From NCBI GenBank assembly GCA_016788665.1, contig JAEUSF010000001.1, positions 129,137 to 193,136 on the forward strand: 64,000 bases of DNA. Direction: 5' to 3'. Both the position numbers and the translations under genes were made by a program. Shown piece by piece: positions 1 through 9,825 of the stretch (its first letter is position 1; every line of letters starts with the position of its first letter). Below the pieces are notes generated by a model that searched no databases, was not told the DNA's origin, and worked only from the letters and a program-made list of their open reading frames with translations. The DNA comes from Candidatus Doudnabacteria bacterium. Lineage in GTDB: Bacteria; Patescibacteriota; Doudnabacteria; UBA920.

Positions 1-60
1 AATTTAGGAGCTTGATATTGTTTAGAGTAGTTAGGATAATTAGGTTAAGTACTATAACTT

Positions 61-1023
61 ATGGTTAAAAATTTTATAGTTGAAGATTTAAAAACCCGGC
101 TTGATAAATTTTTATCGGAGCAGTTACAGGGTGTTAGTCGCTCTCAAATTCAAAGAGATGTTGAGGCGGGTTTGGTTATGGTTAACGGTGTTGTTCAGAA
201 AGAAAGTAAATTTGTTGTTCGAAAAGGTAACGCTGTAACTTATGAACAGAAGGAGAGTCTAAATTCAAAATTTGAAATTCAGGCAACCAATACTCCTCTT
301 ACTGTCTTGTATGACAATCAGGGCTTGTTGGTAATAGACAAGCCGGCAGGCCTTACAGTACATCCTGGAGCTGGTTTTAAAGGTGAGACTTTGGCTTCTG
401 CTTTGCTATATCATTTTCCTGCTTGCGGAGGAAACAACATTCAATTAGTGGGTGAAGAAGGTAGGCCTGGTATAGTTCATCGTTTAGACAAGGAAACCAG
501 TGGGGTTATTTTGGTGGCTAAAACGCAGAGTATGTACGAGTATTTGAAAGACGCCTTTTTTGAAAGAAAAGTAAAAAAGGAATATATTGCGTTGGTAGCC
601 GGCCGGGTAGAAAAACAGTTTGGTAAAATAGATCTGCCCATTGGAAAGAGTAAGACTGATTTTAGAAAACACGATGTAAAAAATACTATTGAGCCAAAAG
701 AAGCCTTAACGGAGTATAGAGTTCTTGAATATTTGGAAGGGTCCGGACTTGACCAATATACCCTACTTCTGGTAAAATTACACACAGGCAGGACTCATCA
801 GATACGTGTCCATATGAAGGCCATAGGCCACCCGCTTATGGGCGACAGTCTATATGGGGGCAAAAGGGCGCAAATTCCAGGGCTTTTCAGACAATTTCTG
901 CACGCAAGAAAAATAGAAGTTAAACTGCCCGACGGTACATGGATAGAAGCAGAAAGCAGTATCCCAGCCGATTTAAAAAATGTTCTCAGTAAACTTGATA
1001 GTAAAACTTATAAGAATTTATAG
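61..1023 (+). CDS. rluD: RluA-family 23S rRNA pseudouridine synthase (RluD-like) with N-terminal S4 domain
   Basis: S4-like N-terminus, catalytic motif HRLDKETSGVILVAKT, C-terminal GRTHQIRVH; 320 aa. Confidence 0.8.
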   Translation: MVKNFIVEDLKTRLDKFLSEQLQGVSRSQIQRDVEAGLVMVNGVVQKESKFVVRKGNAVTYEQKESLNSKFEIQATNTPLTVLYDNQGLLVIDKPAGLTVHPGAGFKGETLASALLYHFPACGGNNIQLVGEEGRPGIVHRLDKETSGVILVAKTQSMYEYLKDAFFERKVKKEYIALVAGRVEKQFGKIDLPIGKSKTDFRKHDVKNTIEPKEALTEYRVLEYLEGSGLDQYTLLLVKLHTGRTHQIRVHMKAIGHPLMGDSLYGGKRAQIPGLFRQFLHARKIEVKLPDGTWIEAESSIPADLKNVLSKLDSKTYKNL

Positions 1024-1048
1024 TACTTATTAATTCGAAATTGAATTT

Positions 1049-1435
1049 ATGAAATTAGTAAATCACATACAGGACACTCAGTTAAAGCAATTGCCAGAAT
1101 TTAAAACAGGCTATACTGTTCGTGTTCACCAAAAAGTTATAGATTTAATTACTGACCCAAAGAGCGGTAAAGTTACCGGTAAGAAAGAACGTGCTCAGGT
1201 TTTTGAAGGTTTGGTTATTGCAAAAAAGAACGGCAAGGGCATAACTGGAACTTTTACCGTTAGGAAAATTTCCTCGGGGCTAGGAGTTGAACGTATTTTT
1301 CCTCTTCATTCCAATAACATAGTAAAGTTAGAAGTTGTAAGAACTCCAGACGTAAGAAAGGCTAAAATATACTATGTAAGAGAAAGACAGGACAATTCTC
1401 CGAGAGCCCGCAAAGTTAAAATTGTAAAGAAATAA
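1049..1435 (+). CDS. rplS: 50S ribosomal protein L19
   Basis: 128 aa, typical L19 N-terminus (lpeFktGdtVrVh) and length. Confidence 0.88.
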   Translation: MKLVNHIQDTQLKQLPEFKTGYTVRVHQKVIDLITDPKSGKVTGKKERAQVFEGLVIAKKNGKGITGTFTVRKISSGLGVERIFPLHSNNIVKLEVVRTPDVRKAKIYYVRERQDNSPRARKVKIVKK

Positions 1436-1442
1436 TTTATTC

Positions 1443-1477
1443 CCATTCCGCCGTAAGGTGGGGTGGGGATTTTTTTG
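1443..1477 (+). terminator. rho-independent terminator after rplS
   Basis: GC hairpin (ccgcc gtaa ggtgg / ggggtgggg) followed by a run of 7 T. Confidence 0.5.
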
Positions 1478-1483
1478 GGCTAT

Positions 1484-1511
1484 TTGACAAAAGATATTTG
1501 TTTGATAAATT
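1484..1511 (+). promoter_or_regulatory. sigma70-like promoter (TTGACA-16-TAAATT)
   Basis: near-consensus -35 at 1484-1489 and -10 at 1506-1511 in ORF-poor intergenic region. Confidence 0.35.
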
Positions 1512-1591
1512 TACAAAAGAGATGAAAGCAATTAGAAGAAAACAGAATACTTGGAAAAGAGCAAAGCTTGTTTTTAATTTTTTATATTTTA

Positions 1592-1622
1592 CCCCGTCAC
1601 TTATATGATGGGGTATTTTTTT
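1592..1622 (+). terminator. hairpin plus T-run (terminator-like)
   Basis: ccccgtca...tgatgggg stem followed by tattttttt. Confidence 0.45.
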
Positions 1623-1701
1623 GGTCCGAAATAAGGGTTATATAGCAATTACCTATATTTTGGGCCCGAAAAGCGGGCAAAAAAACCACAAGGAGAGGGA
1701 A

Positions 1702-1878
1702 ATGCCAGTTAGGGATATGAGTGAACCAGGCGTAGCCTGGTGTCAGAGCGTGTTGTGTGATGGACCGAGAAAGTCGGTCGACGGAAAGTGTGAGGATTGT
1801 CATAAGCCTCTGTTTGTTTCAACACAGCCGCCGGTTAAATCTCCGCTGCGCTACACACTTCAAGCAACGGGTAAGTAA
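1702..1878 (+). CDS. small Cys4 (zinc-ribbon-like) protein, 58 aa
   Basis: strong SD aggagaggg 5 nt upstream of ATG 1702; motifs CxxxxC and CxxC; stop overlaps terminator hairpin 1869-1897. Confidence 0.45.
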   Translation: MPVRDMSEPGVAWCQSVLCDGPRKSVDGKCEDCHKPLFVSTQPPVKSPLRYTLQATGK

Positions 1879-1897
1879 TATCACTTACCCTTTTTTT
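1869..1897 (+). terminator. rho-independent terminator
   Basis: gggtaagt/acttaccc stem plus 7 T. Confidence 0.6.
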
Positions 1898-1953
1898 ATA
1901 TACAAAATAAAGATGATGGTCATTTTCATTAACAGGGAAAGCCACAAGTAAGC

Positions 1954-1986
1954 AAAAAGGCAGCAATCAAATGCTGCCTTTTTTAT
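1954..1986. terminator. bidirectional terminator (serves sodA on minus strand)
   Basis: ggcagca/tgctgcc stem flanked by A-run and T-run. Confidence 0.6.
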
Positions 1987-2025
1987 TTACACTTTTAATA
2001 GATGGTACATCTTACATCATAAATC

Positions 2026-2610
2026 CTAAATTATCTTTAACACTTTCCAGAACGCTTTAATGTATTCTGCACGGCGGTTTTGGTATTTTAAGTAATAAGC
2101 GTGTTCCCATACGTCTAAGCCTAAAATAGGAGTTAAGCCCATCATAATTGGTGCATCTTGTTGGGGCAGATTTTGAATTTTTAACTTGGAGGTTTGGTCG
2201 TCTCGAACTAGCCAGGTCCAGCCACTACCAAAAACTTTTAAAGCAGAGTCGTTGAACTGTTTTTTAAATTCCTCCACAGAACCAAAAGTGTTGGTAATTT
2301 CTTTTTCGATCATTGCGTCTTGCTGGTTTGAAGGGTCTAGGTACTTCCAAAACAAGGAATGGTTAAAGTGTCCGCCCCCGTGGTTCTTTATGGCCGTCCG
2401 GTCAGGTTCGTCGACTTTTAGGTTTTTTATATCAAGCAGGAGTTCTTCAATAGGCCTGCCCACCAGGTCTGGGTATTTTTCTAAGGCCGCGTTTAATTTG
2501 TCCACGTAAGTTTGGTGGTGTTTGGTATGGTGCAGTTCCATAGTTTGAGCGTCTATATAAGGCTCGAGAGCATTATATGCGTATGGTAAAGGGGGTAAAG
2601 TATGTTTCAT
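2026..2610 (-). CDS. sodA: Fe/Mn superoxide dismutase
   Basis: N-terminus LPPLPYAYNALEPYID..HHTKHHQTYV and C-terminal DVWEHAYYL are SOD hallmarks; 194 aa. Confidence 0.9.
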   Translation of the reverse strand: MKHTLPPLPYAYNALEPYIDAQTMELHHTKHHQTYVDKLNAALEKYPDLVGRPIEELLLDIKNLKVDEPDRTAIKNHGGGHFNHSLFWKYLDPSNQQDAMIEKEITNTFGSVEEFKKQFNDSALKVFGSGWTWLVRDDQTSKLKIQNLPQQDAPIMMGLTPILGLDVWEHAYYLKYQNRRAEYIKAFWKVLKII

Positions 2611-2934
2611 ATAAATTCGCAGATGCGCGGATAAAAGGATAACACAGATGTAGATGGTTATATTAATTTCTAGTCACGGATCCGCGGCATCTGGTTAATC
2701 TGTGTATCCGTGAATAAATGAATTATAGCAGCTTTGACATTAAAGAAAAATTATGATATGCTACGGTTAATAAAATCAGATTAATTTACGAAAGTTAAGG
2801 CAGCGACGTAAGCAATTATTTATTTTTTCCTTGTTTTAGCCCGTGATTTTGTTTTATAAAAACATCACAAGACCTCTAAGAAATAAACTGATATAACATC
2901 AGGTGTTTTTGCTTATATTTATTGCCTTATACTT

Positions 2935-4491
2935 TTGAACAGTATAAGGAATTTTATGTTTGTATATTTAATTTTAGGTTTGGTTGTGGGGGGGTTGTTT
3001 GGCTATATAGTTAGGCAGCAAATGGCCGCAAAAACTATTGGTGGAGCCGAGAGTAAAGCGGCAAAGATCTTGGAAGAAGCTAAGGCCAAGGAAAAGGAAA
3101 TGCTTTTAGAGGCCAAGGCTAAGTCCTTGGAAATGATAGAGCAAGCCAAAAAACAGGAAACGGAGTTTAGAGCACAGATTGTAAGGTTTGAGGAAAGAAT
3201 AGATAGGAAAGAAAAGGAATTAGACATAAAGTCTGCGCAGTTAGATAAGCAGAAGTCCGAGCTTGAGAAAAAGGGGGAAGAGATAAAAGCAACAGGTGAA
3301 GAAATAAAAGAAATGAGAGCTAAGGTCATTGCTAACTTGGAAAAAGTGGCAGGTATGACAAGAGAAGAGGCTGGTAAGGTTTTGTTAGACAATGCTGAAA
3401 AGCTAGTCAAAGAAGAAATGTTGTCTTTACATAGGAAGCTTTTGAACGAAGCTCATGAAAGTGCTGAGAGAGAGGCTAGAAATATAGTTGCGCAAGCAAT
3501 AGAGCGAGTGGCTAGTGAGGTTACGAGCGAGACCACAACTACCACGGTTACTATCCCTAGCGAAGAAATGAAAGGCCGTATTATTGGTAAAGAAGGGCGC
3601 AACATTCGTGCTTTTGAACAAATGATGGGGGTTGAAATCCTAATAGATGACTCACCTGATACGGTGGTTATTTCGGGTTTTAATTCTATACGAAGGCATA
3701 TAGCTAAGTTAACTTTAGAAAAGTTGGTATCTGACGGGCGTATACATCCAGCACGCATAGAAGAAGCTTACGAAAAGAGTAAGGCAGAAATATCTGAGCA
3801 GATTAAGCAGGCTGGTGAAGCTGCTGTATACGAACTTGGTATTACGACTTTTCCGCCTAAATTGGTGCAGTTAATTGGCCGTATGATGTTTAGGACTTCC
3901 TATGGACAGAATATTTTACGCCATAGCGTGGAGATGGCTAAGTTAGCTGCTTTAATGGCAGAAGAATTGGGTGCCGATATTCAAATTGCTAAACAAGGTG
4001 CTTTGCTCCATGATATTGGTAAGGCGCTAGATCAGGATTTGGAAGGCAGTCATGTGGAGTTGGGTAAGAAGGTGGCTGAAAAGTTTGGTTTGGATGCCAG
4101 AATTGTAGAAGCCATAGCTTCTCACCACCATGATACCGACGTGACTGGCAAAAGCGAAGCCGCGCAAAGCGTTGAAGCTATAATTGTTGATGCCTGCGAC
4201 AATATTTCCGGGGCAAGGCCAGGCGCTAGAAAAGATACTTTAGAAAACTATATAAAGCGTTTAACTGACCTGGAGAACATTGCCAACGGCTTCGATGGTG
4301 TGGAAAAAACTTATGCTATTCAAGGTGGCCGTGAAATTCGCGTATTTGTTACTCCGGCTAAATTGGACGATTTGGGCTGTCAAAAGTTGGCAAGAGAAAT
4401 TGCTAACAAGCTGGAAGCAGAGCTTAAATTTCCTGGTGAAATTAAAGTGCATGTTATAAGAGAAACAAGGGTAATAGAATATGCGAGATAA
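2935..4491 (+). CDS. rny: ribonuclease Y (N-terminal TM, coiled coil, KH and HD domains)
   Basis: TM start, long Lys/Glu coiled coil, KH motif IGKEGRNIR, HD motif LLHDIGKA; 518 aa. Confidence 0.85.
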   Translation: MNSIRNFMFVYLILGLVVGGLFGYIVRQQMAAKTIGGAESKAAKILEEAKAKEKEMLLEAKAKSLEMIEQAKKQETEFRAQIVRFEERIDRKEKELDIKSAQLDKQKSELEKKGEEIKATGEEIKEMRAKVIANLEKVAGMTREEAGKVLLDNAEKLVKEEMLSLHRKLLNEAHESAEREARNIVAQAIERVASEVTSETTTTTVTIPSEEMKGRIIGKEGRNIRAFEQMMGVEILIDDSPDTVVISGFNSIRRHIAKLTLEKLVSDGRIHPARIEEAYEKSKAEISEQIKQAGEAAVYELGITTFPPKLVQLIGRMMFRTSYGQNILRHSVEMAKLAALMAEELGADIQIAKQGALLHDIGKALDQDLEGSHVELGKKVAEKFGLDARIVEAIASHHHDTDVTGKSEAAQSVEAIIVDACDNISGARPGARKDTLENYIKRLTDLENIANGFDGVEKTYAIQGGREIRVFVTPAKLDDLGCQKLAREIANKLEAELKFPGEIKVHVIRETRVIEYAR

Positions 4492-4532
4492 AAAAAAGAA
4501 CGCTTTGGCGCGTTCGTGAGTTGGTCTGAGAC

Positions 4533-4967
4533 TTATTCTTCGGTATGGGCTGGGGTGGCTCTGTCAGCGTATAACCACCTGACTTGCCTGCCCAGAAACT
4601 TAAAACCTTGAGCGAGTTCGGCGTCTGCCGACTGCCCTATTGGGACGAAGACTGTTATTTTGTCGCCAATAGCTTCCACCCTAAGTCCCTTGTACCGAGG
4701 GAACTGTTGGAAAAATGACCGGGTTAAGTTAATTGCCCTCGCTATGGGGACAAAAGCTACCCGGATGTCGGGGTGAATATGTTTCTGGACAAATCTTTGT
4801 CCAGCCTTGAGGTCTTCCAAGTGCTCGACCCCGATCATAATATGTGGGGCATTGGAGCCCGGGGGGTAGCCGATTGAGGCAGTTCTCGGCCCGTTGCTAG
4901 TCGCATTATAGGCGAATCCTCGCGTGATTGCCTCTTTTGCTTCTCGAAAATCAGTTATTTTTTGCAT
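4533..4967 (-). CDS. hypothetical protein (weak SepF/DUF552-like resemblance)
   Basis: 144 aa ORF; alternating beta-rich C-terminal half; no firm family assignment. Confidence 0.35.
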   Translation of the reverse strand: MQKITDFREAKEAITRGFAYNATSNGPRTASIGYPPGSNAPHIMIGVEHLEDLKAGQRFVQKHIHPDIRVAFVPIARAINLTRSFFQQFPRYKGLRVEAIGDKITVFVPIGQSADAELAQGFKFLGRQVRWLYADRATPAHTEE

Positions 4968-5019
4968 TGATCCCTCTTTGCACTAAGAATGGTAATTACT
5001 GTATCGAAAATTAACTTTT

Positions 5020-5883
5020 ATGTCAAAAATACTTTTCATCGGAGATATTGTTGGTAAACCTGGGCGAAAGTCGTTGGCCCAGGTTTTGCCTATGTGGAAA
5101 GAAAAATATAAACCTGACGCGGTAATTGTAAACACAGAAAATGCCGCACACGGCAAAGGAGTTACTCTTTCAACTTTGTCTGAAATAGATGTTTTGGGGG
5201 TGGACTGTTTTACCGGCGGTAATCATAGTTTTGACAAGGAAGATCAAGTTAAAGTGTGTTTTGAAAAATATCCTAAACTTATTCGCCCGGTTAACTTACC
5301 TGGTACTTTTGAGGGGTATGGGTTTTATAGGTTCTCCAAACCTGTAGTTGTTCCATTTATGGAGCCTGATAAATCAGGCAACTACAAGACAGTAGATCAG
5401 CAGTTCCTAGTTATAAACCTCCACGGCACAGTTTTTTGCGAAAAGTTTTTTGACGGACAGTTAAGTAATCCCTTTTTGGAAGTCGATCGTATTCTAAAGC
5501 AGGAGGCACAAAAAGGTGATATAATACTGGTAGATTTTCATGCTGAGGCAACAAGTGAAAAAAAGACTTTAGGGCACTACTTAGACGGCAGGGTATCGGC
5601 AGTAGTGGGAACACATACTCACGTGCCGACAGCAGATGCTCATATAATGCCAAAGGGTAGTGCATATATTACAGACGTGGGCATGGTGGGCACTAGAGAT
5701 AGTGCGCTCGGTACGAAATTTGAAAATGCCCTGGCAAAGTTTTTGGACCCGGAGCTAAAGTTTAAAAATGAGGTGGAAGAGAGTGGGGTAATTCAGGTAA
5801 ATGGTGTTCTAATTGAAATTGGTGAGAATCAAAAAGCTGTGAGGGTTGAGAAACTGTACGAAGAAATTTCAAATATCAAATAA
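5020..5883 (+). CDS. ymdB: YmdB-family metallophosphoesterase (2',3'-cyclic nucleotide phosphodiesterase-like)
   Basis: N-terminus ILFIGDIVGKPGR; immediately downstream of rny as in Firmicutes; 287 aa. Confidence 0.78.
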   Translation: MSKILFIGDIVGKPGRKSLAQVLPMWKEKYKPDAVIVNTENAAHGKGVTLSTLSEIDVLGVDCFTGGNHSFDKEDQVKVCFEKYPKLIRPVNLPGTFEGYGFYRFSKPVVVPFMEPDKSGNYKTVDQQFLVINLHGTVFCEKFFDGQLSNPFLEVDRILKQEAQKGDIILVDFHAEATSEKKTLGHYLDGRVSAVVGTHTHVPTADAHIMPKGSAYITDVGMVGTRDSALGTKFENALAKFLDPELKFKNEVEESGVIQVNGVLIEIGENQKAVRVEKLYEEISNIK

Positions 5884-5973
5884 CAAATTTCAAATAAAGC
5901 TACAAAGATCAAATATTAAATTCTCAAGGCTTTATAACTTAGAAAGGTGTAACAAATAACTAGGGATAATTTT

Positions 5974-6273
5974 ATGGAGCTTACACAAGAACATTTTGAT
6001 AAAACTCTTCAAAATCTTGTTTCAAAAAAAGATTTGCAAAACTTGGCAGGCAAGGGTGATTTAGCCTTACTAAGAGAAGATATAGAGGAAATCAAAGTTC
6101 AAAATTCAGCCATAGTAGAGACGTTGAATGTCCATACCAATGTATTGGATCAGTTAGTTAAACAAACTAAAGATTGGAATACTGAAATGGTAATGGTAAG
6201 AGCAAGGCTAGACAGGCATGACCAATGGTTTAAACAAATGGCTGAAAAAATAAATATAAAATTGGACTACTAA
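5974..6273 (+). CDS. hypothetical coiled-coil protein
   Basis: 99 aa ORF, heptad-like charged sequence, 2-nt gap to next gene. Confidence 0.4.
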   Translation: MELTQEHFDKTLQNLVSKKDLQNLAGKGDLALLREDIEEIKVQNSAIVETLNVHTNVLDQLVKQTKDWNTEMVMVRARLDRHDQWFKQMAEKINIKLDY

Positions 6274-6275
6274 AC

Positions 6276-6806
6276 ATGAGTAAATTTTTAAATCCAAGTG
6301 AAATAGTGGCGCAAATGGGGCTTATGCAGGGACAGACCGTGGCAGATTTAGGTTGCGGCAATGGTTTTTATGTTTTGCCAGTTGCCCAACTGGTGGGTGG
6401 AGGTGGTATTGTATGGGCAATAGACGTAATGGAAGCTAAGCTTGCCGCAACGGTTTCTATTTCTAACCAGTTTGGGTATAGGAACGTTAGAATTTTACAG
6501 GCCGATTTATCTAAACCAATTTTGGACATCCCCGCAGGGAGTTGTGACGCTGTTGTAATAGGTAACATTTTGCACGAAATAAGTGACAAAGAACAGTTAT
6601 TAAAAAACGCTTACAGGTTCTTAAAAAGTTCAGGCAAGTTGTTGGTTGTAGAGTGGAAAAAAGCTCTCGCCCCTATGGGCCCTTCCATAGATAAAAAAAT
6701 AGACCAGACACAAGCAGAGACATGGTTAATGAATTTAGGACTTAGAAAATTGAAAGAACTTAATGCAGACAATTACCATTATGGGTTATTGTTCGAAAAA
6801 ATATAA
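6276..6806 (+). CDS. class I SAM-dependent methyltransferase
   Basis: motif I VADLGCGNGFY, acidic post-I motif. Confidence 0.65.
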   Translation: MSKFLNPSEIVAQMGLMQGQTVADLGCGNGFYVLPVAQLVGGGGIVWAIDVMEAKLAATVSISNQFGYRNVRILQADLSKPILDIPAGSCDAVVIGNILHEISDKEQLLKNAYRFLKSSGKLLVVEWKKALAPMGPSIDKKIDQTQAETWLMNLGLRKLKELNADNYHYGLLFEKI

Positions 6807-6870
6807 TAATTAGCACAAAAGTACCAAACATATATTTTGTATTTTGGCACTTCTCGTAATTTAGTTATTT

Positions 6871-7263
6871 ATGAAAGAAATTTTTTCTTCAGAATTTTTA
6901 TTTCAAATAGACAGGGTAATGCTTCACGACATAGATAAGGCCTTGGGTTTTTTTGGAGCAGGTTTCTTGGTTTTAGGATTGGTTTTTAAGCTGGCCGCCT
7001 TGTATGCACCAACGCCGGTTGACGCAAAGTACAGAAACAAATTTTTTAGTATTTTATTTTTTACCGGAATTTACGAGACGGCTTGGTTTGGCTTAAGATT
7101 TCAAAATATAACTTTTTTTGGCTCCCACTTTGTTGCTTTCTTGGGCCTTTTAGTCGGTGTAGTCTGTGCATTGGTCGTTTTGGTTAAAACCTTTAAAACT
7201 TATAAAACCGAAAAACAAAGTTGGGAAGCCGAGCAGTTAAAATTAAAATATTTACCTAAGTAA
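6871..7263 (+). CDS. hypothetical membrane protein
   Basis: 130 aa, 3 predicted TM segments. Confidence 0.4.
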   Translation: MKEIFSSEFLFQIDRVMLHDIDKALGFFGAGFLVLGLVFKLAALYAPTPVDAKYRNKFFSILFFTGIYETAWFGLRFQNITFFGSHFVAFLGLLVGVVCALVVLVKTFKTYKTEKQSWEAEQLKLKYLPK

Positions 7264-7365
7264 GGTTAATACCGATAAACTGATTGTAAGCGGATAAATG
7301 GAACGTTACTGATTTTATATCTGAAGGTGTCAGCCTATCTGCGGTAGAAGGTCCGTGTTTGAGTT

Positions 7366-7797
7366 ATGCTTAACTTATTTAGAAAAAAGAGCACAAGCGT
7401 AGAAAAACCTAAGACCTTAGGTCAGCTTGGTGAAGAATTTGCGCAAACCGTTTATTTGCAAAACGGTTTTAAGATAATTGGGGCCAATGTTTTTAATACA
7501 AAGGGTCTGCGGAGGGGGGAGATTGACTTTGTTGCATCAAACAAGCAAAAAATTATATTTGTTGAAGTTAAGACTAGGTCCGGTGGTTCTCGTTTTGGTA
7601 GCGCAGAGGAGTCGGTAAACTTTTTTAAGCAGCAAAAAATATTGAAGGCAGTTAAATGGTATTTGCTGGCAAACCCAGAATATGTAAAATTAATCCCGCA
7701 AATAGACGTATGTATAGTGGAGCATGGTTTGGTTGACAAAACATTTAATTGTGCTAAAATAATATCGAATGCAGTTGAAGACATTAATTCCGGATGA
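7366..7797 (+). CDS. yraN: YraN/UPF0102 family endonuclease
   Basis: GEEFAQTVYLQNGFKII..GEIDFVA...IFVEVKTR pattern of UPF0102. Confidence 0.7.
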   Translation: MLNLFRKKSTSVEKPKTLGQLGEEFAQTVYLQNGFKIIGANVFNTKGLRRGEIDFVASNKQKIIFVEVKTRSGGSRFGSAEESVNFFKQQKILKAVKWYLLANPEYVKLIPQIDVCIVEHGLVDKTFNCAKIISNAVEDINSG

Positions 7798-7917
7798 GCG
7801 AAGGCTCGTCTTTTTTATTAGCCCGCGGATACGCACATAATGCGGATACCGCAGAAAAAACAAAGCAGTCAGATGTTGTCGCGTAATCCGCGTCATCAGC
7901 GTGTCTGCGAAAAATTT

Positions 7918-9042
7918 ATGAACGACCAATTACTCCAAGCTTTGGAGCAAATAGAAGAAGAAAAGGGGATTTCAAGGGACGAACTTTTGAGTATGATAGA
8001 AACAGCTTTGGCCGCAGCTTTCAGGAAAGACTATGGCGAAAAAAACCAGAACGTGGTGGTTAAGTTTGATCCGGAAAACATGGGAGTGAAGGTTTGGGAC
8101 ATAAAGACAGTGGTGGCTACTTCGGAAGAAGCCGCAGAAGACCCACAGAAATTAATTGACGTGGAAGCAGCTCAGGAAATGAAGAAGAAGGCCCAGGTTG
8201 GAGACGAAATTTCAACCGACATTACTCCTAAAAGTGGAACAAATTTTGGACGTATTGCTGCTCAAACAGCCAAACAAGTCATAATACAGAAGCTTCGTGA
8301 AGCTGAAAGAAATTTGCAGTTTAGTGAGTTTAAGTCCAAAGAAAGAACATTGGTAAATGGTGTAGTTCAGCGTGTTGAGGGGGAGACGGTGTTGGTAGAT
8401 ATGGGTAAATCGACCGGTGTACTTTTTCCGTCTGAGCAAATTCGAGGAGAAAAGTATTCTTTAGGACAGAGGCTTAAAGTTTTAGTCCTCCATGTGGAGC
8501 CCGCAGCAAAGGGTCCTAAAATAACTCTGTCTCGTTCTCATCCTGACATGGTTAGAAAGCTTTTTGAGCTTGAGGTGCCGGAAATTTATAATGGTAGCGT
8601 AGAAATAAAGTCAGTGGCCCGTGAGGCTGGCAGTAGGAGCAAAATTGCAGTTATTGCCAACCAAGACGGTATAGACCCAATTGGCAGCTGCGTAGGCCAA
8701 AAAGGTAGCCGTGTGCAAACTGTAATGGCGGAACTTGGCGGTGAAAAAATTGACATTATTGAATATAGTGACGATCCGGTAAAGTTTATTGCCAACTCTT
8801 TGTCACCGGCAAAAATTTTAAACGTTCAACTGGATGAGGATGCTAAGGAAGCTAAAGTGGGTGTTTTAGAAGACCAATTGTCTTTGGCTATAGGTAAAGC
8901 TGGTCAAAACGTTCGTCTTGCCGCCCGCCTGACCGGCTGGAAAATAGATATTAATGGGGAGAAAATAGAAGGACAGACAGAAAATTCAGAAGCGGAAAGT
9001 CAGAATGAAGAAGTGGCAGAAAGCCCGGAAGAAGCGTCTTAA
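7918..9042 (+). CDS. nusA: transcription termination/antitermination factor NusA
   Basis: NusA N-domain, S1 and two KH domains; start chosen at MNDQLL (ORF track begins at 7840); acidic C-terminal tail. Confidence 0.85.
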   Translation: MNDQLLQALEQIEEEKGISRDELLSMIETALAAAFRKDYGEKNQNVVVKFDPENMGVKVWDIKTVVATSEEAAEDPQKLIDVEAAQEMKKKAQVGDEISTDITPKSGTNFGRIAAQTAKQVIIQKLREAERNLQFSEFKSKERTLVNGVVQRVEGETVLVDMGKSTGVLFPSEQIRGEKYSLGQRLKVLVLHVEPAAKGPKITLSRSHPDMVRKLFELEVPEIYNGSVEIKSVAREAGSRSKIAVIANQDGIDPIGSCVGQKGSRVQTVMAELGGEKIDIIEYSDDPVKFIANSLSPAKILNVQLDEDAKEAKVGVLEDQLSLAIGKAGQNVRLAARLTGWKIDINGEKIEGQTENSEAESQNEEVAESPEEAS

Positions 9043-9240
9043 TTGAAATTTAGAGATAAAAAACCTGCCCGCAACTTGTAATGACTTATAGACAGCAATA
9101 TTGATATTTATCAGTAAACTTTATTAGCACAGCCAGAAGTTGGCAGGCGGGCCAAAATGGAAAATGACAAAGTAAAATTATATATTTTAATTTGGAATTG
9201 TCCTTTTAATATTTGATATTTAAATTTTAAATTTACTACT

Positions 9241-9816
9241 ATGCCCTTAGTTCCAATAGTTATAGAAAAGTCTCCTTTAGGAGAGAGAGCTTACGACATA
9301 TATTCTAGGCTTCTAAAAGAAAGAATAATTTTTTTAGGTGAGCCAATAGACGACGCTGTTGCTAATACGCTTATTGCGCAGCTGTTATTTTTAGACGCCG
9401 AAAATAATAAAGAAGATATAAAACTTTATATAAATTCGCCAGGTGGTTCTGTTACTTCTGCTATGGCTTTATATGACACCATGCAGCATGTAAAGGCAAA
9501 TGTTTCGACTATATGCATTGGCCAAGCAGCTTCGGCCGCCGCCGTGCTTTTAGCTTGCGGCGAAAAGGGTAAGCGCTTTAGTTTGCCAAATTCAAGAGTT
9601 TTAATCCATCAAGTAATGGGTGGTTTTGAAGGCCAGCAGAAGGACGTGGAAATACATGCAAAGGAAATGCTAAGGGTAAAAAACCAGTTAAACCAAATTT
9701 TAAGCAGGCATACAGGCCAAAATATAAAGAAAATAGAGCAAGATAGCGACCGAGATTATTTTATGTCTGCCGATGAAGCTAAAAAGTATGGTATAATAGA
9801 TAAAATAATACAGTAA
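9241..9816 (+). CDS. clpP: ATP-dependent Clp protease proteolytic subunit
   Basis: [10 protein letters not shown]...[19 protein letters not shown]; catalytic Ser/His/Asp context; 191 aa. Confidence 0.9.
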   Translation: MPLVPIVIEKSPLGERAYDIYSRLLKERIIFLGEPIDDAVANTLIAQLLFLDAENNKEDIKLYINSPGGSVTSAMALYDTMQHVKANVSTICIGQAASAAAVLLACGEKGKRFSLPNSRVLIHQVMGGFEGQQKDVEIHAKEMLRVKNQLNQILSRHTGQNIKKIEQDSDRDYFMSADEAKKYGIIDKIIQ

Positions 9817-9825
9817 TCTGTTTTT

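Noticed and set aside
477-785. Antisense or out-of-frame ORFs inside well-supported genes (for example 477-785, 3003-3758, 8212-8795, 24580-25014, 30169-31524, 35719-37009, 37879-38462, 50164-50658, 62541-62900)
   Set aside because: They lie fully inside genes with clear family signatures on the other strand, have low-complexity translations and no start context. They are spurious products of the six-frame scan.
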